A stretch of DNA of 64,000 nt, from the IMG/VR virus record IMGVR_UViG_3300037484_000374, positions 64,001 to 128,000 of that record; one strand, written 5' to 3'. The translations under genes and the position numbers were made by a program. Numbering within the stretch: the stretch's first letter is position 1; each line of letters opens with the position of its first letter. Under the pieces are notes generated by a model. The model saw only the letters and a program-made list of their open reading frames with translations, made no database searches and was not told the origin of the DNA. Source of the stretch: a virus. Of this stretch, positions 21,867 to 32,833 are shown one piece after another.

Positions 21867-23138
21867 CACAATCATTATATATGGTATAATAAGCTATATA
21901 ATTATTAATCTATTTTTGGAGACTGACATGGAGCATAATGACGAACTTAGTGCCTGGGAATATTTAGAAGATCAAATGCCGCTGGATATGGCGTACTTTC
22001 TTTTAGAGTGGTTTAACACTGTATTTACATATCCTTTGGATGAGTCAGAGTATGATGACCTTGACGCTTTAATTGAAATGGTACAAAATGGACAAGTAGT
22101 TTATAAAAGATGTCCACTGTGCTATAATGATGGCTATGAGATTGATGTTCATGATTGGTCGAGATTTCAAGGTGTTATGGATAATAATGATGTCTGGCAC
22201 GGTATGTTCGTAAATATTGACGGACTCGAGCACGAAATTTGTGAAGAGTGTTATGATAATAATGTTTATTTAAAATGAGGGTGTAACAATGGAAATTTTT
22301 AAGTTTTTAGCAATACCGATAGCGTTGTTTTCTTTTGCGTTTATGGATGGGTTTATAAGAAACGGTCTTGGAATAGAAGGGAAGATGCCGTTATCTATAA
22401 GATTTTATCATGTTATATTTTCTATAGCACTGGTATCGGTTGTTTTGTTTGTCATTAATGAAACAGGGAGAATATTTATATGAGTTGCCCGAATCCATGT
22501 GACGGTTTTAAAAATCATAACCTTGTTGTTATTCATTTCAGTGATCCTGGCGGTGGATTTACAGGAATCTCAACAGTTGTCAGGTGGTGTAGTGATTGCG
22601 GTGCTGTTGTTGCAGATACTGATGTGGATGGTCGTACAAATGCTGGTGCTGAGATGATCATGGGTTTTCTAAAAATAGCATTGAACAATGTTGAATTTGT
22701 TAATGCTGAACTTTATAAGCCACAAGCACCAAATGAGCCTGATTTGGTCATCGAAGCTCCAGAACTACAATATGCCACCGAAGGTTTAAAGATAACCAAC
22801 GATACGATAAAGGGGAAATGTTTGGATAGCATCACCAAGAGATGATGGTGAGTATGGTAAATCATATTATTTTGAAACCCACAACAAAGAAATTTACAAA
22901 CATCTTAATTGGGTATATGAATCAAGACTGAGGGTGATATAATGGCAGATATGAACGATAAACACATTGCAAAGATGATTTCAGAAGAGTTCTCAGAAGG
23001 TCTTGAACGTGCAGCCATGAATTTGTCTGGAAGATGGATTGAACTGTATGGGGAAAGAATGGATGAGGAGTCCCGTAGGAATTGGGCTACATTTCTGTTA
23101 GATGAACTCGATAAATTAAATGATACTATGGGGGTAAT

Positions 23139-24164
23139 ATGAAACATATAAAATTCCCAGAAATTGGACAATACAGAAATATGATAACCAGTATAAAACA
23201 GAGATGTCGATATGCTGGAAAAGATGAAAACGGTGATCCAATTTACGATCCTAAAGTAATACTACCAACAGTTAAATTCTATGGAACCGTGAAACTTCAT
23301 GGAAGTTGTGGTGGTGTATCATTTGATTGGGACACTGGCGAACTTTGGGCCAACTCACGTAAAAGAGTTGTAACTATCGGTAATGATAATCATGGGTTTG
23401 CCGGTTTTGTTCATAAAAACAGCGAATCATTTATTACCATAATCAAAAAGGTAAGAGCACAAGATAGAAGCGATGGTTCTATTGTTACTTTATTCGGTGA
23501 ATGGTGCGGTAAAGGTATACAGAAAGGTGTTGCTATAAACCAACTCGAAAAAATGTTTGTTATATTTGGAGTAAAGTACACCAAGACCGTTTCAGAAAAC
23601 GAGGACATTAGTTGGTGGTCTACACAATGGGGAAATACACGGGATACTGATAATAGAATTTTCAATATCACTGATTTCCAAACATGGGAGATAGATATTG
23701 ATATTAATAACCCTGAGCAATCACAAAACAGACTTGCAGATATAACCCTCGGAGTAGAGAAAGAATGTCCTGTAGGTAGATCATTTGGTGTTAAGGGCAT
23801 AGGTGAAGGTGTCGTATGGTCAACATATGATGGAGTCAATGTTGAACGTTTCAAAGTAAAGGGAGAGAAACATAGCGGGTCAAAGATTAAAAAACTCGCA
23901 AAGGTTGATCCAGAAAAGGTAGCATCTGTTCAAGAATATGTTGACTATGCTTGTACAGAAAATCGTATGCTACAGGGTCTTGGAGAAGTATTTGGAGAAG
24001 ACGAACCAGATATTAAGAAAATGGGTGAATTCATTGGATGGGTTGCCAGTGATATTATTAAAGAAGAAAGCGATACACTGGTTATCAATAATCTTATTTG
24101 GAAAGATGTGGCCAGTAAGGTTGCTACAAAAGCTAGGATATGGTTGATCAAAAACTACATGTAA
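23139..24164 (+). CDS. RNA ligase (Rnl2 family nucleotidyltransferase)
   Basis: Motif I KLHGS, FGEW, EGVVW, FKVKGEKHS. Confidence 0.8.
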   Translation: MKHIKFPEIGQYRNMITSIKQRCRYAGKDENGDPIYDPKVILPTVKFYGTVKLHGSCGGVSFDWDTGELWANSRKRVVTIGNDNHGFAGFVHKNSESFITIIKKVRAQDRSDGSIVTLFGEWCGKGIQKGVAINQLEKMFVIFGVKYTKTVSENEDISWWSTQWGNTRDTDNRIFNITDFQTWEIDIDINNPEQSQNRLADITLGVEKECPVGRSFGVKGIGEGVVWSTYDGVNVERFKVKGEKHSGSKIKKLAKVDPEKVASVQEYVDYACTENRMLQGLGEVFGEDEPDIKKMGEFIGWVASDIIKEESDTLVINNLIWKDVASKVATKARIWLIKNYM

Positions 24165-24282
24165 AAAATGACTGTTCAGAAAACACAAATAAGAATCCCT
24201 ATATCTAAGATTGGTGTTATTAAACACAAACCAAAAAGGGTAGGGTGTTATGATAGAAAATTAAAACATAAAGGAGAAAAGG

Positions 24283-25197
24283 ATGAAAGTTAAAGTATTA
24301 GGACACACCCCTCACCCATTAAAAGTAATTTATGCCGGTGCAAGGCAATGTTATAAAGAGGGGTTCATTGGTGATAGTTGTGAAATTGATAGAGCGATGG
24401 CTGTCTTTAATGTAAAGAACGAACATGATGGTAATATATCAAAAAGTGAAATGACCAAACTATTAAATAGTTTACTTAAATCAGGGCATCAATCCGTATT
24501 TGAACATGTGAATATTACATTTGCCATTGATGGTGTATCCCGTGCTCTGACTCATCAACTTGTGCGTCATCGTATCGCAAGCTATTCCCAGCAAAGTCAA
24601 CGTTATGTTGACTTGAGAAAAGATCACAGTGGTGATGGTGTTCTTGATGCCCTGTTATCATTTGTTCTTCCACCTTCAATTAAAAACCATAAAAGAGCAT
24701 TGGAGATTTATAACAAAACCTTACGAGAAATTGTCAGTTCATATAACAAACTGAGACATCTTGGTATCAGTGGTGAGGATGCACGTTATTTGGCTCCAAA
24801 TGCCTCTAAGTCAAGAATTGTAATGACAATCAACCTGAGATCACTAATGAATTTCTTTTCCCTTAGACTCTGTAATAGAGCACAGTGGGAGATAAGAAAT
24901 CTTGCTAAGAAAATGCTAACCGAGTGTATAGAAATAATCCCTGAATTATTTGAAAATTTCGGGGCCAAATGTGAACAACTTGGTTTCTGCCCAGAAGATA
25001 AGGGTTGTGGTAAATTACTATCACTAAAGGCATTACTTTCAAAGGTAGATGAGGATGGTTGTAAACGAGGAAGACGATTCCTTAAATCATGGAATATAGA
25101 AGTTAAAAGCCCCGAAAATGATATAATTATATCCAATGATCAAGAAGAAACAAGGGAGGATGTTTGGCAACCACAAGATTATAGTAGATTTGAATAA
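24283..25197 (+). CDS. thyX: Flavin-dependent thymidylate synthase
   Basis: GHQSVFEH, SRALTHQLVRHRIASYSQQSQRY, EDARY, RAQWEIR. Confidence 0.96.
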   Translation: MKVKVLGHTPHPLKVIYAGARQCYKEGFIGDSCEIDRAMAVFNVKNEHDGNISKSEMTKLLNSLLKSGHQSVFEHVNITFAIDGVSRALTHQLVRHRIASYSQQSQRYVDLRKDHSGDGVLDALLSFVLPPSIKNHKRALEIYNKTLREIVSSYNKLRHLGISGEDARYLAPNASKSRIVMTINLRSLMNFFSLRLCNRAQWEIRNLAKKMLTECIEIIPELFENFGAKCEQLGFCPEDKGCGKLLSLKALLSKVDEDGCKRGRRFLKSWNIEVKSPENDIIISNDQEETREDVWQPQDYSRFE

Positions 25198-25236
25198 TTT
25201 ATATAAATACTCTATAAGAACTTATGGGGGGTTTAT

Positions 25237-25722
25237 ATGAAAAAAATTAAATTTATAGCATTTAAAGGTATCTCCACCATATCAAAGATCATAAGATGGT
25301 GGACAGGTGGTGATTATAGCCATATTGCAATCGGTCTTGATGACGATAATACAATAGAAGCATGGAAGCATGAAAATAGAAACCTAAAGTGGGGGTATTT
25401 CACGGTAAGTGAGAACCATACTCATGGGACTCAATATGAAATCTGGGAAGTAGAACTTCCAAGTGCTGAGTATCAGGTTTGTATGGACTTTTATAAATGG
25501 CTTGCCGATAATAAAATCAGGTATGATTTTATCTCTATATTTTGTTTTGTATTCAGGTTCTTAAAAAATGATAACAATACAAGGTTTTGCAGTGAGGGTG
25601 CAGTAGAGCCTTTGATTAACAGTTGTGGGTGGGTTGGGGAACCTTCAAAAACACACCCATCTATGTTTGTAGATATGATAAAAGAATTTGGGGCGGTGAA
25701 AGTAAAAGAATCAATAACTTAA
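25237..25722 (+). CDS. Permuted papain-like (YiiX/YebB, NlpC/P60) amidase-like protein, late
   Basis: IRWWT..YSHIA...YD...FCSE, His-before-Cys order; late promoter at 25202. Confidence 0.7.
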   Translation: MKKIKFIAFKGISTISKIIRWWTGGDYSHIAIGLDDDNTIEAWKHENRNLKWGYFTVSENHTHGTQYEIWEVELPSAEYQVCMDFYKWLADNKIRYDFISIFCFVFRFLKNDNNTRFCSEGAVEPLINSCGWVGEPSKTHPSMFVDMIKEFGAVKVKESIT

Positions 25723-25738
25723 ATTTGTAAGGGTTAAA

Positions 25739-26773
25739 ATGTATACAAAAATAACAAATAAAAGACATTTAGACAATTTAAAAGAGATAGAAACCTTCCT
25801 AAAAGATAGTAACATTCCCTTTGAAGTTGATATTAATGATGAACGCATCTTTTATTTGAATGATGGTATTTTACAATTAAGGTATGTCGATACCGAAAAC
25901 TTCAAGATGGATTATACTAAAAGATTTGGTATTAAAGGTATTCCACATAATTATTTTATTGATATTACCAAGGAAAATAGAGAAAATGATATCAGAACTA
26001 TATGGATAAAGGATTGGGAAGTAGAAGAGTCAAAAACAATTGTGGATATCAACGGTGGAGAAATAAAAAATTATAGACGTAAATGGAATGTACTGCAATC
26101 ATATATAAAAACTGCCACTGGTAATATAGAAACAAGAATATATGCTAGGGATTGTGAAACAAGGGAGGTCACCAGTAAAGAATTACGGGCATTTTTAGAA
26201 ACAAATTGTTTTTATGGTTATCGTAGTGCAAATAAAAATTTGGGTTTATATTTAAAAAAAGATAAGAATGGTATTAAAAAAGGAACTCTACTGATGGTTT
26301 ATACATTCGGCTATCCTTTTTTTGGTAAAGGATTGTACGATGTCGAGGTAATTCGAGTTGGTACTAAACTCTTCTGTCAAGTTATCGGCGGCGCAAGTAA
26401 ACTATTAAAATGTTTCTTATTTCACTTTCCAGTATTGACATTTAGCAAAAGGGATGTTGATGTGAATAAGATTGTTTTTATCGTGGACGCTGACCATAAC
26501 GATGGAGGATCATTAAAAACTTTAGGGTTTAAATTTGTAAGTCATCAGGGTGCGGGATTCATGAATGTAGAGGCCGCTACAGGTAGGGTATCACAAAGAA
26601 AACCAATGCAACACAAGCTAATTATGGAAAGAATGGCAAAAGGTGAGATTTATAGTGTTGGAAATGCTGGTTCTATTATCTACACGATAGACCGTGACGA
26701 GTATATGAAAAATGTAAATCTTAAACATATACCCAAATTAACAACATGGGAAGATGATTGGTTTGATAAATGA
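25739..26773 (+). CDS. Hef-like homing endonuclease
   Basis: RIYARDC..RE...FLETN, GGASKLLK motif of the T4 Hef family. Confidence 0.75.
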   Translation: MYTKITNKRHLDNLKEIETFLKDSNIPFEVDINDERIFYLNDGILQLRYVDTENFKMDYTKRFGIKGIPHNYFIDITKENRENDIRTIWIKDWEVEESKTIVDINGGEIKNYRRKWNVLQSYIKTATGNIETRIYARDCETREVTSKELRAFLETNCFYGYRSANKNLGLYLKKDKNGIKKGTLLMVYTFGYPFFGKGLYDVEVIRVGTKLFCQVIGGASKLLKCFLFHFPVLTFSKRDVDVNKIVFIVDADHNDGGSLKTLGFKFVSHQGAGFMNVEAATGRVSQRKPMQHKLIMERMAKGEIYSVGNAGSIIYTIDRDEYMKNVNLKHIPKLTTWEDDWFDK

Positions 26774-27525
26774 ACGATGAAAACAATCATATAACAACTA
26801 AAGTATGTCGTACATGCAAAGAAGAAAAGGATATCAGTAAATTTACTAAACATAAAATTACAAGAGATGGATATAGTACACTCTGTAAAGGGTGTCAAAA
26901 ACAATACAGAATTAATAATAAAGAAAAGATTATGGAGTATGATAAACAGTATAAAATTAAAAACAAAAAAAATCTTAGTAAGAAAAAACAAAAACACTAT
27001 AATTCTTTGGCATTATACTTAACATATAAACACCAATTAACAATAGATGAAGAACCAAGATTGTCTATTGATGGAATATTTCTTGAGGTTAGGTGTAAAT
27101 ATTGTGGTTTTTATTTTAAACCAACAAACCAAGATATTTGGAATAGAGTAAAATGTATCAAAGGAACATGTACAGGTGAAAAGAATTTATATTGTTCTGA
27201 TAATTGTAAAAAATCATGTGGAACATATAGGAGACAACAATACCCAAAGGGTCACAAACAAGCAACGTCCCGTGAGGTTCAACCCCAATTAAGAAAACGA
27301 GTATTTAAAAATGACGATTGGACATGTCAAATATGTTGGTCTAAAGAAAATCTTCATTGCCACCATCTCACTGGTGTTGAGTTAGACCCTGTTGAATCAG
27401 CCGATGTTGATAATTGTATTACACTCTGTAAGGGTTGTCATAAGAAAACACATAAACTACCAGATTGTGCTTATCATGACCTCAGAAGAAAGAAATGTGA
27501 CCAGAATCAAGAAAAAGCAACATAA
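26770..27525 (+). CDS. HNH endonuclease
   Basis: VFKNDDWTCQIC..LHCHH...NCITLCKGCH. Confidence 0.85.
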   Translation: MNDENNHITTKVCRTCKEEKDISKFTKHKITRDGYSTLCKGCQKQYRINNKEKIMEYDKQYKIKNKKNLSKKKQKHYNSLALYLTYKHQLTIDEEPRLSIDGIFLEVRCKYCGFYFKPTNQDIWNRVKCIKGTCTGEKNLYCSDNCKKSCGTYRRQQYPKGHKQATSREVQPQLRKRVFKNDDWTCQICWSKENLHCHHLTGVELDPVESADVDNCITLCKGCHKKTHKLPDCAYHDLRRKKCDQNQEKAT

Positions 27526-27543
27526 AACATTAAGAGGTGAAAT

Positions 27544-28485
27544 ATGAAAGATGTGGATTTTAAAACACTGTGGTATGAAGATGAAGATGGTAATATATTT
27601 GTCCCTGATTTAACTGGTAATATGCCACCAGAAATACCAAAAGGGTTTATATACCAACATTCAAGGTTTATTAACAACATTAATGAAACTATATATGAGG
27701 ATATTCTACAGAGCACAGTTGATGAATGTACACATCCCGTTGCTAATGTAGTATCAACATATGGGCGGATCGATGGTATTGTTGGTCATAAATGTAATAG
27801 ATGTGGTGGTGAACAAACACCCTGTGGCACCTTTGTACCAAGCCCAAAGAAATGGGATGCTTGTGGTTCAAGACAAATTTTCTCGAGTAATAGTAGTTGG
27901 AGTATTGATCTTGTAACAGCGATGGTAAGGAACCATGGGATTAATCTCGAAAAGGCCATACAACTTGCATCTTTGTCATGTGGGCGGTGTCTTAACGTAC
28001 TCTATAGCAGATATGCACCGGAACTCGACACTGGCTATTATGAATTCAGTAATCAATGGCAAAATACAAATACTTATTGTGATATGTGTGAGGAGTATGG
28101 AACTTATAATGACCATAAGGGAAATATTTTTCTTCCAATATATCAAGATTTTTGTGTGAGAATTTCAAATGTAAATATGAGTGAAGAAACATTTGAAAAT
28201 GGTGATGGGTTGATAACATTTGATTTAGATTTTGATGATCGATACTTAACAAAACATAGGATGGCAAGAGAACAGGTAGAAATCCTTGTAGGAGAAAAGA
28301 TCATCAAAGCCCTTGAGGAATTTATTGAAAATTCTGAGGAGCCATATGATTATGATTTAGTAGCGGTAGAAGATTCTGAGTGGGACAAACTTATACCCCA
28401 TAAAAATAACAACCAAGAGGTTGACCTATCAGAAGTAGTCGAAATTTATGGTGGTATTGATGAAATACCAGATTTACCAAATTAA
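27544..28485 (+). CDS. Hypothetical Cys-rich protein
   Basis: 313-aa ORF with RBS GAGG. Confidence 0.6.
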   Translation: MKDVDFKTLWYEDEDGNIFVPDLTGNMPPEIPKGFIYQHSRFINNINETIYEDILQSTVDECTHPVANVVSTYGRIDGIVGHKCNRCGGEQTPCGTFVPSPKKWDACGSRQIFSSNSSWSIDLVTAMVRNHGINLEKAIQLASLSCGRCLNVLYSRYAPELDTGYYEFSNQWQNTNTYCDMCEEYGTYNDHKGNIFLPIYQDFCVRISNVNMSEETFENGDGLITFDLDFDDRYLTKHRMAREQVEILVGEKIIKALEEFIENSEEPYDYDLVAVEDSEWDKLIPHKNNNQEVDLSEVVEIYGGIDEIPDLPN

Positions 28486-28486
28486 T

Positions 28487-28523
28487 AAAAACCTCTCATA
28501 TTACAAATATGGGGGGTTTTTTG
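28487..28523 (+). terminator. Intrinsic terminator
   Basis: AAAAACCTCTCATATT...AATATGGGGGGTTTTTT hairpin with U-tract. Confidence 0.8.
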
Positions 28524-28819
28524 TGGTGTTTGGTTTACAAACACCACAATATGTAGTATGATTATATAATAACAACATATAAAGGAGGTTTTTATGTTTA
28601 TAATTGTTCATGAGGATAATGACATAACCATGATCGAGAATATTACAGATGAACTAAAAGAATCATTTAAAATGGGGATAATCGATATTATAAACAACGA
28701 AACCCTTCAAATATTAACCGAGAATTTTGAATGGATTAATATTGAAAAAGAAGATTAGATTCAAACATAAAATTTGAAAAGTGCAGGTAGCCCAAAGGGG
28801 CTTATACTAAGGAGCATAA

Positions 28820-29593
28820 ATGACACAGATACTCGTAATTCCAGACCCACATGATGATCCAGAAGAGAATAAAGATAGGTTTGAATGGGCCGGTAGATTG
28901 GTGGTTGAAAGGCAACCAGATTATATTGTATGTTTGGGCGATTGGGCCGAGATGGGATCACTATGTAGATATGACATCGGAATGGTTACCGCCGAGGGTA
29001 GACGTTACTGTGATGATATTGCATCAACACATAAATCATTGGCGTTATTCAACAAACCTATTGTGGATTACAACAATAAACTCACCCACTGGAAGAAGAA
29101 AAAATACACACCAAAAATGGTAATGTGTATTGGTAATCATGAGAACCGTATCAACACAGCGGCGGCGCAGACACCATCCCTGTATGGTACAATTACGATG
29201 GATGATCTCAAGTTTGAAGAACACGGTTGGGATGTTTATCCTATAACAAAACCAGCGATCATAGAGAATATGGCGTTTGCCCATTATTTCACATCGGGTG
29301 TTATGGGAAGACCAATATCAGGTGTTAATCATTCTCGATCATTGCTTATTAAAAACTTTCGATCTTCTGTAGTTGGACATTCTCACATGAGAGGAATGAG
29401 TGAAGAGAGAACAATAAACGGTGATAGAATACTTGGACTTGTTTGTGGTTGTTATTTCGATTACCAAATGGATTGGACAACAGAGAACGATAGGTATTGG
29501 CGAGGAATGGTTTATCTTAACGATGTTGTTGATGGAAACTGTGAACCGGAATTCCTTAGTCTGGAACATCACATAAAATTAAAATACTCATAG
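28820..29593 (+). CDS. Calcineurin-like metallophosphoesterase
   Basis: IPDPH, LGDW, GNHE, AHYF, GHSH motifs. Confidence 0.88.
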   Translation: MTQILVIPDPHDDPEENKDRFEWAGRLVVERQPDYIVCLGDWAEMGSLCRYDIGMVTAEGRRYCDDIASTHKSLALFNKPIVDYNNKLTHWKKKKYTPKMVMCIGNHENRINTAAAQTPSLYGTITMDDLKFEEHGWDVYPITKPAIIENMAFAHYFTSGVMGRPISGVNHSRSLLIKNFRSSVVGHSHMRGMSEERTINGDRILGLVCGCYFDYQMDWTTENDRYWRGMVYLNDVVDGNCEPEFLSLEHHIKLKYS

Positions 29594-29874
29594 AGATTAT
29601 CCACGGAACGACAAGAAATTATGTGGGCTGAATTACAAGTAGATGTTTATGATGGCCCAAATTGTGACCAGCATCGTAAATATTGGAACGCATATACCGA
29701 TGGTGATATGCAGGATGATAATTTTGAAGGTGATTTGGTATTATCACTTAAAAATTATCCACATGGGACAAAGGTAACTATATCAATCCCTGAGTGTCCA
29801 AAGTGTTATGAAACTACCGATACATGTAATTGTGGTTTTGATTGGAAAAATTGGGTAGAAGAGCAGTATAGTTA

Positions 29875-30099
29875 ATGAAAGAACTAATAATCACAACCCT
29901 TCCATGGTTGATATCAGTTATCACAATCTATATGATGATCGCTGTTGGTAATAAAAATCGTACTGGTTGGGTTATCGGGATGATATGCCAGGTTTTGTGG
30001 GGGGTATGGTCTGTTACGACAGAGAGTTGGGGTTTCGTACCATTAAATATTTTCATGTGGGTTATTTGCATCAGGAATTTTTATAAGTGGAAAAAATAG
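29875..30099 (+). CDS. Small membrane protein (PnuC-like half)
   Basis: Three hydrophobic segments; GWVIG...QVLW...N motif. Confidence 0.5.
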   Translation: MKELIITTLPWLISVITIYMMIAVGNKNRTGWVIGMICQVLWGVWSVTTESWGFVPLNIFMWVICIRNFYKWKK

Positions 30100-30149
30100 G
30101 AGAAGGTGGAAAGAGGGGAAACTTTTGTTACCCCCCCCCCTTTTTTTGT

Positions 30150-30356
30150 TTATACACCAGTTACCGCTGACAACCAACCTTTGGCCAAGCCTATAATCCC
30201 ACCGGCCTGGACGATACCACCAATAAAACAGACAAGACCCCATGCTCCAATACACAAAGCCCCAAATAATCCAATACCCACTGCCATACCGGAAACCACA
30301 TCAGTTCCAACACCATCCATTACCAATAAACTCGTTCTTACTTTTGCTTTTTCCAT
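30150..30356 (-). CDS. Small host-like membrane protein
   Basis: Only clear intact minus-strand gene. RBS AAGGAGA, own sigma70-like and TATAAATA promoters, and a hairpin at about 30110-30148. Recalled similarity to Desulfobulbaceae small proteins. Confidence 0.7.
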   Translation of the reverse strand: MEKAKVRTSLLVMDGVGTDVVSGMAVGIGLFGALCIGAWGLVCFIGGIVQAGGIIGLAKGWLSAVTGV

Positions 30357-30635
30357 AATAATCTCCTTGTTAAAATTAATCTTAATACCATTATACTATA
30401 TATTTATATAAATGTAAATAATTTATTGTAACATTTTCAGATACTTATATGTAAATTTAAGCTGTGATGATTACCACAATATAGCACTGTTAGAATTATA
30501 AGAAACTATAATTGTAAAGACTATCATAGTTGACACACAATATAAAATAGTGTATACTTGGTTTATAAACAATTATAATAAGAGGTATCAAACAGCATTT
30601 GGCCCTGATTGGAAAATTGGGTGGGAGGAAACATA

Positions 30636-31691
30636 ATGGAAAAAGATTATTCAATAAAATACCTTAAATATTGTGATGACCTTTATTATAATACTGGTAC
30701 ATCACCTATTTCTGACACGGAATATGATGAAATAAAAACATATCTGAGGATGCAGAATCCTTCTGATGTATATTTCCAGACAGTCGGTGCGCCGGTGAAG
30801 AGTGGGAAGATTAAACTTCCATACATCCTTGGTTCGCTGAACAAGGTAAAATATGATGGCTCCACTGAGAAGTGGATGAAAGAAAAACTGAAAACCAATG
30901 ACACCCTCTTAGCGTCATCAAAGCTGGACGGTGTTTCTATTTATGTAACCTATGATAAGGGTGAGGTTGTTGCGGCATCCACAAGGGGTGATGGTTACGA
31001 GGGAAAAGATATTACCGATAAAGCAAAAGTGTTTTGTGGGCGATCTACTTATAGTGGTCGTTTTGAGGTAAGGGGGGAAGCCCTTCTTACTGGTGATACT
31101 CATGAATCCCTTGGATTTAAAACACGAAGGAACGGTGTGGCTGGTATTCTAAACACAGATGAGGATATTGATAACAGGGTTCAATTTATAGATGCTATAT
31201 ATTATGAACTCTTATCATCTGATCAGGGTTTACCAACCACAGAACTTGGTAGGTTTTTGCGTATTTCAGAATATGGTCTTGGTCTTCCAGAACATACATT
31301 GATTGAAAAAGAAGATGCCACTGAGGAGTATCTTGCAGAAATACTTGGAGAATATAAGAATCATGCTATCTATGATATTGATGGTATTGTCCTTGCAGTT
31401 AATAATAGTGAGAGAGAAGATGTTTATTATCCAGAGGACAAGGTGGCTTTTAAGAATTCAGATGGCGCGGTAAAAACAACAGTTATCAGTGTTGAATGGA
31501 GTGTTGGTAGAACTGGTAGGGTAATACCTACGGTATTAGTTAAACCAATAGAGATACAAGGTGTTACTATATCAAGAGCCACGGGTTTTAATGCCAAATA
31601 TATACAAGATCATAGAATTCAAAAAGGTACAGAACTGTACATTCAAAGAGCAGGGGATGTTATACCCCACATTACAGAGGTTATTTCTTAA
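30636..31691 (+). CDS. ligA: NAD-dependent DNA ligase, N-terminal part (adenylation and OB domains)
   Basis: YY...ISDTEYD, KLDGVS, TRGDG, EVRGE, RNGVAG, DGIV, AFK, VGRTG, RAGDVIP. Confidence 0.93.
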   Translation: MEKDYSIKYLKYCDDLYYNTGTSPISDTEYDEIKTYLRMQNPSDVYFQTVGAPVKSGKIKLPYILGSLNKVKYDGSTEKWMKEKLKTNDTLLASSKLDGVSIYVTYDKGEVVAASTRGDGYEGKDITDKAKVFCGRSTYSGRFEVRGEALLTGDTHESLGFKTRRNGVAGILNTDEDIDNRVQFIDAIYYELLSSDQGLPTTELGRFLRISEYGLGLPEHTLIEKEDATEEYLAEILGEYKNHAIYDIDGIVLAVNNSEREDVYYPEDKVAFKNSDGAVKTTVISVEWSVGRTGRVIPTVLVKPIEIQGVTISRATGFNAKYIQDHRIQKGTELYIQRAGDVIPHITEVIS

Positions 31692-31988
31692 TACAAGACC
31701 ACCCCCCCCATGTCATATTATACCCATTATTTTTGGAAAGAGAATTATATTGTCTTATATAATGAATCTCCATCTCATCGAGTTCTTCTTTTGTCTCACA
31801 TTCACATAACATTTCCCATGAAAAAACTTTCCCAACCATATTTGCGAATTGCGCTATATAGATACCTGTACATGGCTCTTTTTCTTTCTGATTCATATAA
31901 ATGTTGTGATTGTCTCACAGATAAATCATATTTTGTTTGGCCAATATAATTTTTGGTTTACATTGTTAGTTATTTTGTATATAATCAT
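31681..31988 (-). pseudogene. Frameshifted GIY-YIG homing endonuclease remnant
   Basis: The minus strand reads MIIYKITNNVNQK / YIGQT...LYSAIRKYGWES / FSWEML...EMEIHYIRQYNS...GYNMT.GG across two frameshifts. Confidence 0.8.
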
Positions 31989-32047
31989 AATATAGACTCG
32001 ATTTATAATTTGTTATCTAATACTATTTATACAGGAAAAATAAGAAA

Positions 32048-32833
32048 ATGTCAAGTAAAAACTTTAATTTTGTTCCAACCAATTGCCCCAAATGTGATAA
32101 ATATTTAAAATGGAAGGGTGTAGATGTCATTTGTGATAATCAAGATTGTACGGCGCAAGGAATACTCAGAACAGAGCATTTCCTTCGAACTCTTGGAGCA
32201 GAAGAGATCACATCTGTAACACTTGAGAATGTTGGTATCATGAGCATCCATGAAGCATACAAAATCGATGAAACTGATATCATGAGCCTTGAGGGTTTCG
32301 GTGTCAGGAGCGCACAGGTTATTGTTGAGCAAATTCAAGGAACCCTAAAAACAACACCCGATAAGCTGTTGGCCGCTTTTGGTATAAAAGGATGTGGACT
32401 TGAAACAGCAAGAACAATACTAAAACATCATGACATTGAAGATTTAATGAACGGTCTGGTGAGTGTAGACCAGTTGGTGTCTATAAATGGAATAGGTGAT
32501 ATAACGGCGCAAAACATCGCTGACGGTGTTTCTGAGTACAAAGATACATACGACTACCTAAAATCAACTGGACTCCAATACAAGGTATCTGACAACGTTC
32601 TGAGGGGTAAGATTTTTACACTCACTGGAAATGGCCCGATCAAGAGAGATATTTTAAAAAATATGATTGAGAGTAAAGGTGGTTACGTGAAAGGGATTTC
32701 AAAAAACAAAACTGATTTTTTAGTATGTGATAATATCAATTCTCAATCAGGTAAATCAAAGAAAGCACGTCAATACGGTGTTCCTATAATCACATACGAA
32801 GAACTGATTGACATAATAGAAGGATTAATGTAA
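32048..32833 (+). CDS. ligB: NAD-dependent DNA ligase, C-terminal part (Zn finger, HhH, BRCT)
   Basis: PTNCPKC...CDNQDC, LEGFG, INGIG, GKIFTLTG...KTDFLV...SGKSKKA BRCT. Confidence 0.9.
   Translation: MSSKNFNFVPTNCPKCDKYLKWKGVDVICDNQDCTAQGILRTEHFLRTLGAEEITSVTLENVGIMSIHEAYKIDETDIMSLEGFGVRSAQVIVEQIQGTLKTTPDKLLAAFGIKGCGLETARTILKHHDIEDLMNGLVSVDQLVSINGIGDITAQNIADGVSEYKDTYDYLKSTGLQYKVSDNVLRGKIFTLTGNGPIKRDILKNMIESKGGYVKGISKNKTDFLVCDNINSQSGKSKKARQYGVPIITYEELIDIIEGLM

Noticed and set aside
30106-30411. Pro-rich plus-strand ORF
   Set aside because: It is the antisense shadow of the minus-strand membrane gene, which has the RBS and promoter.
31692-32047. Group I intron in the ligase gene
   Set aside because: The gap is filled almost entirely by the antisense GIY-YIG remnant, no P7-like core was recognised, and both halves have their own translation signals.
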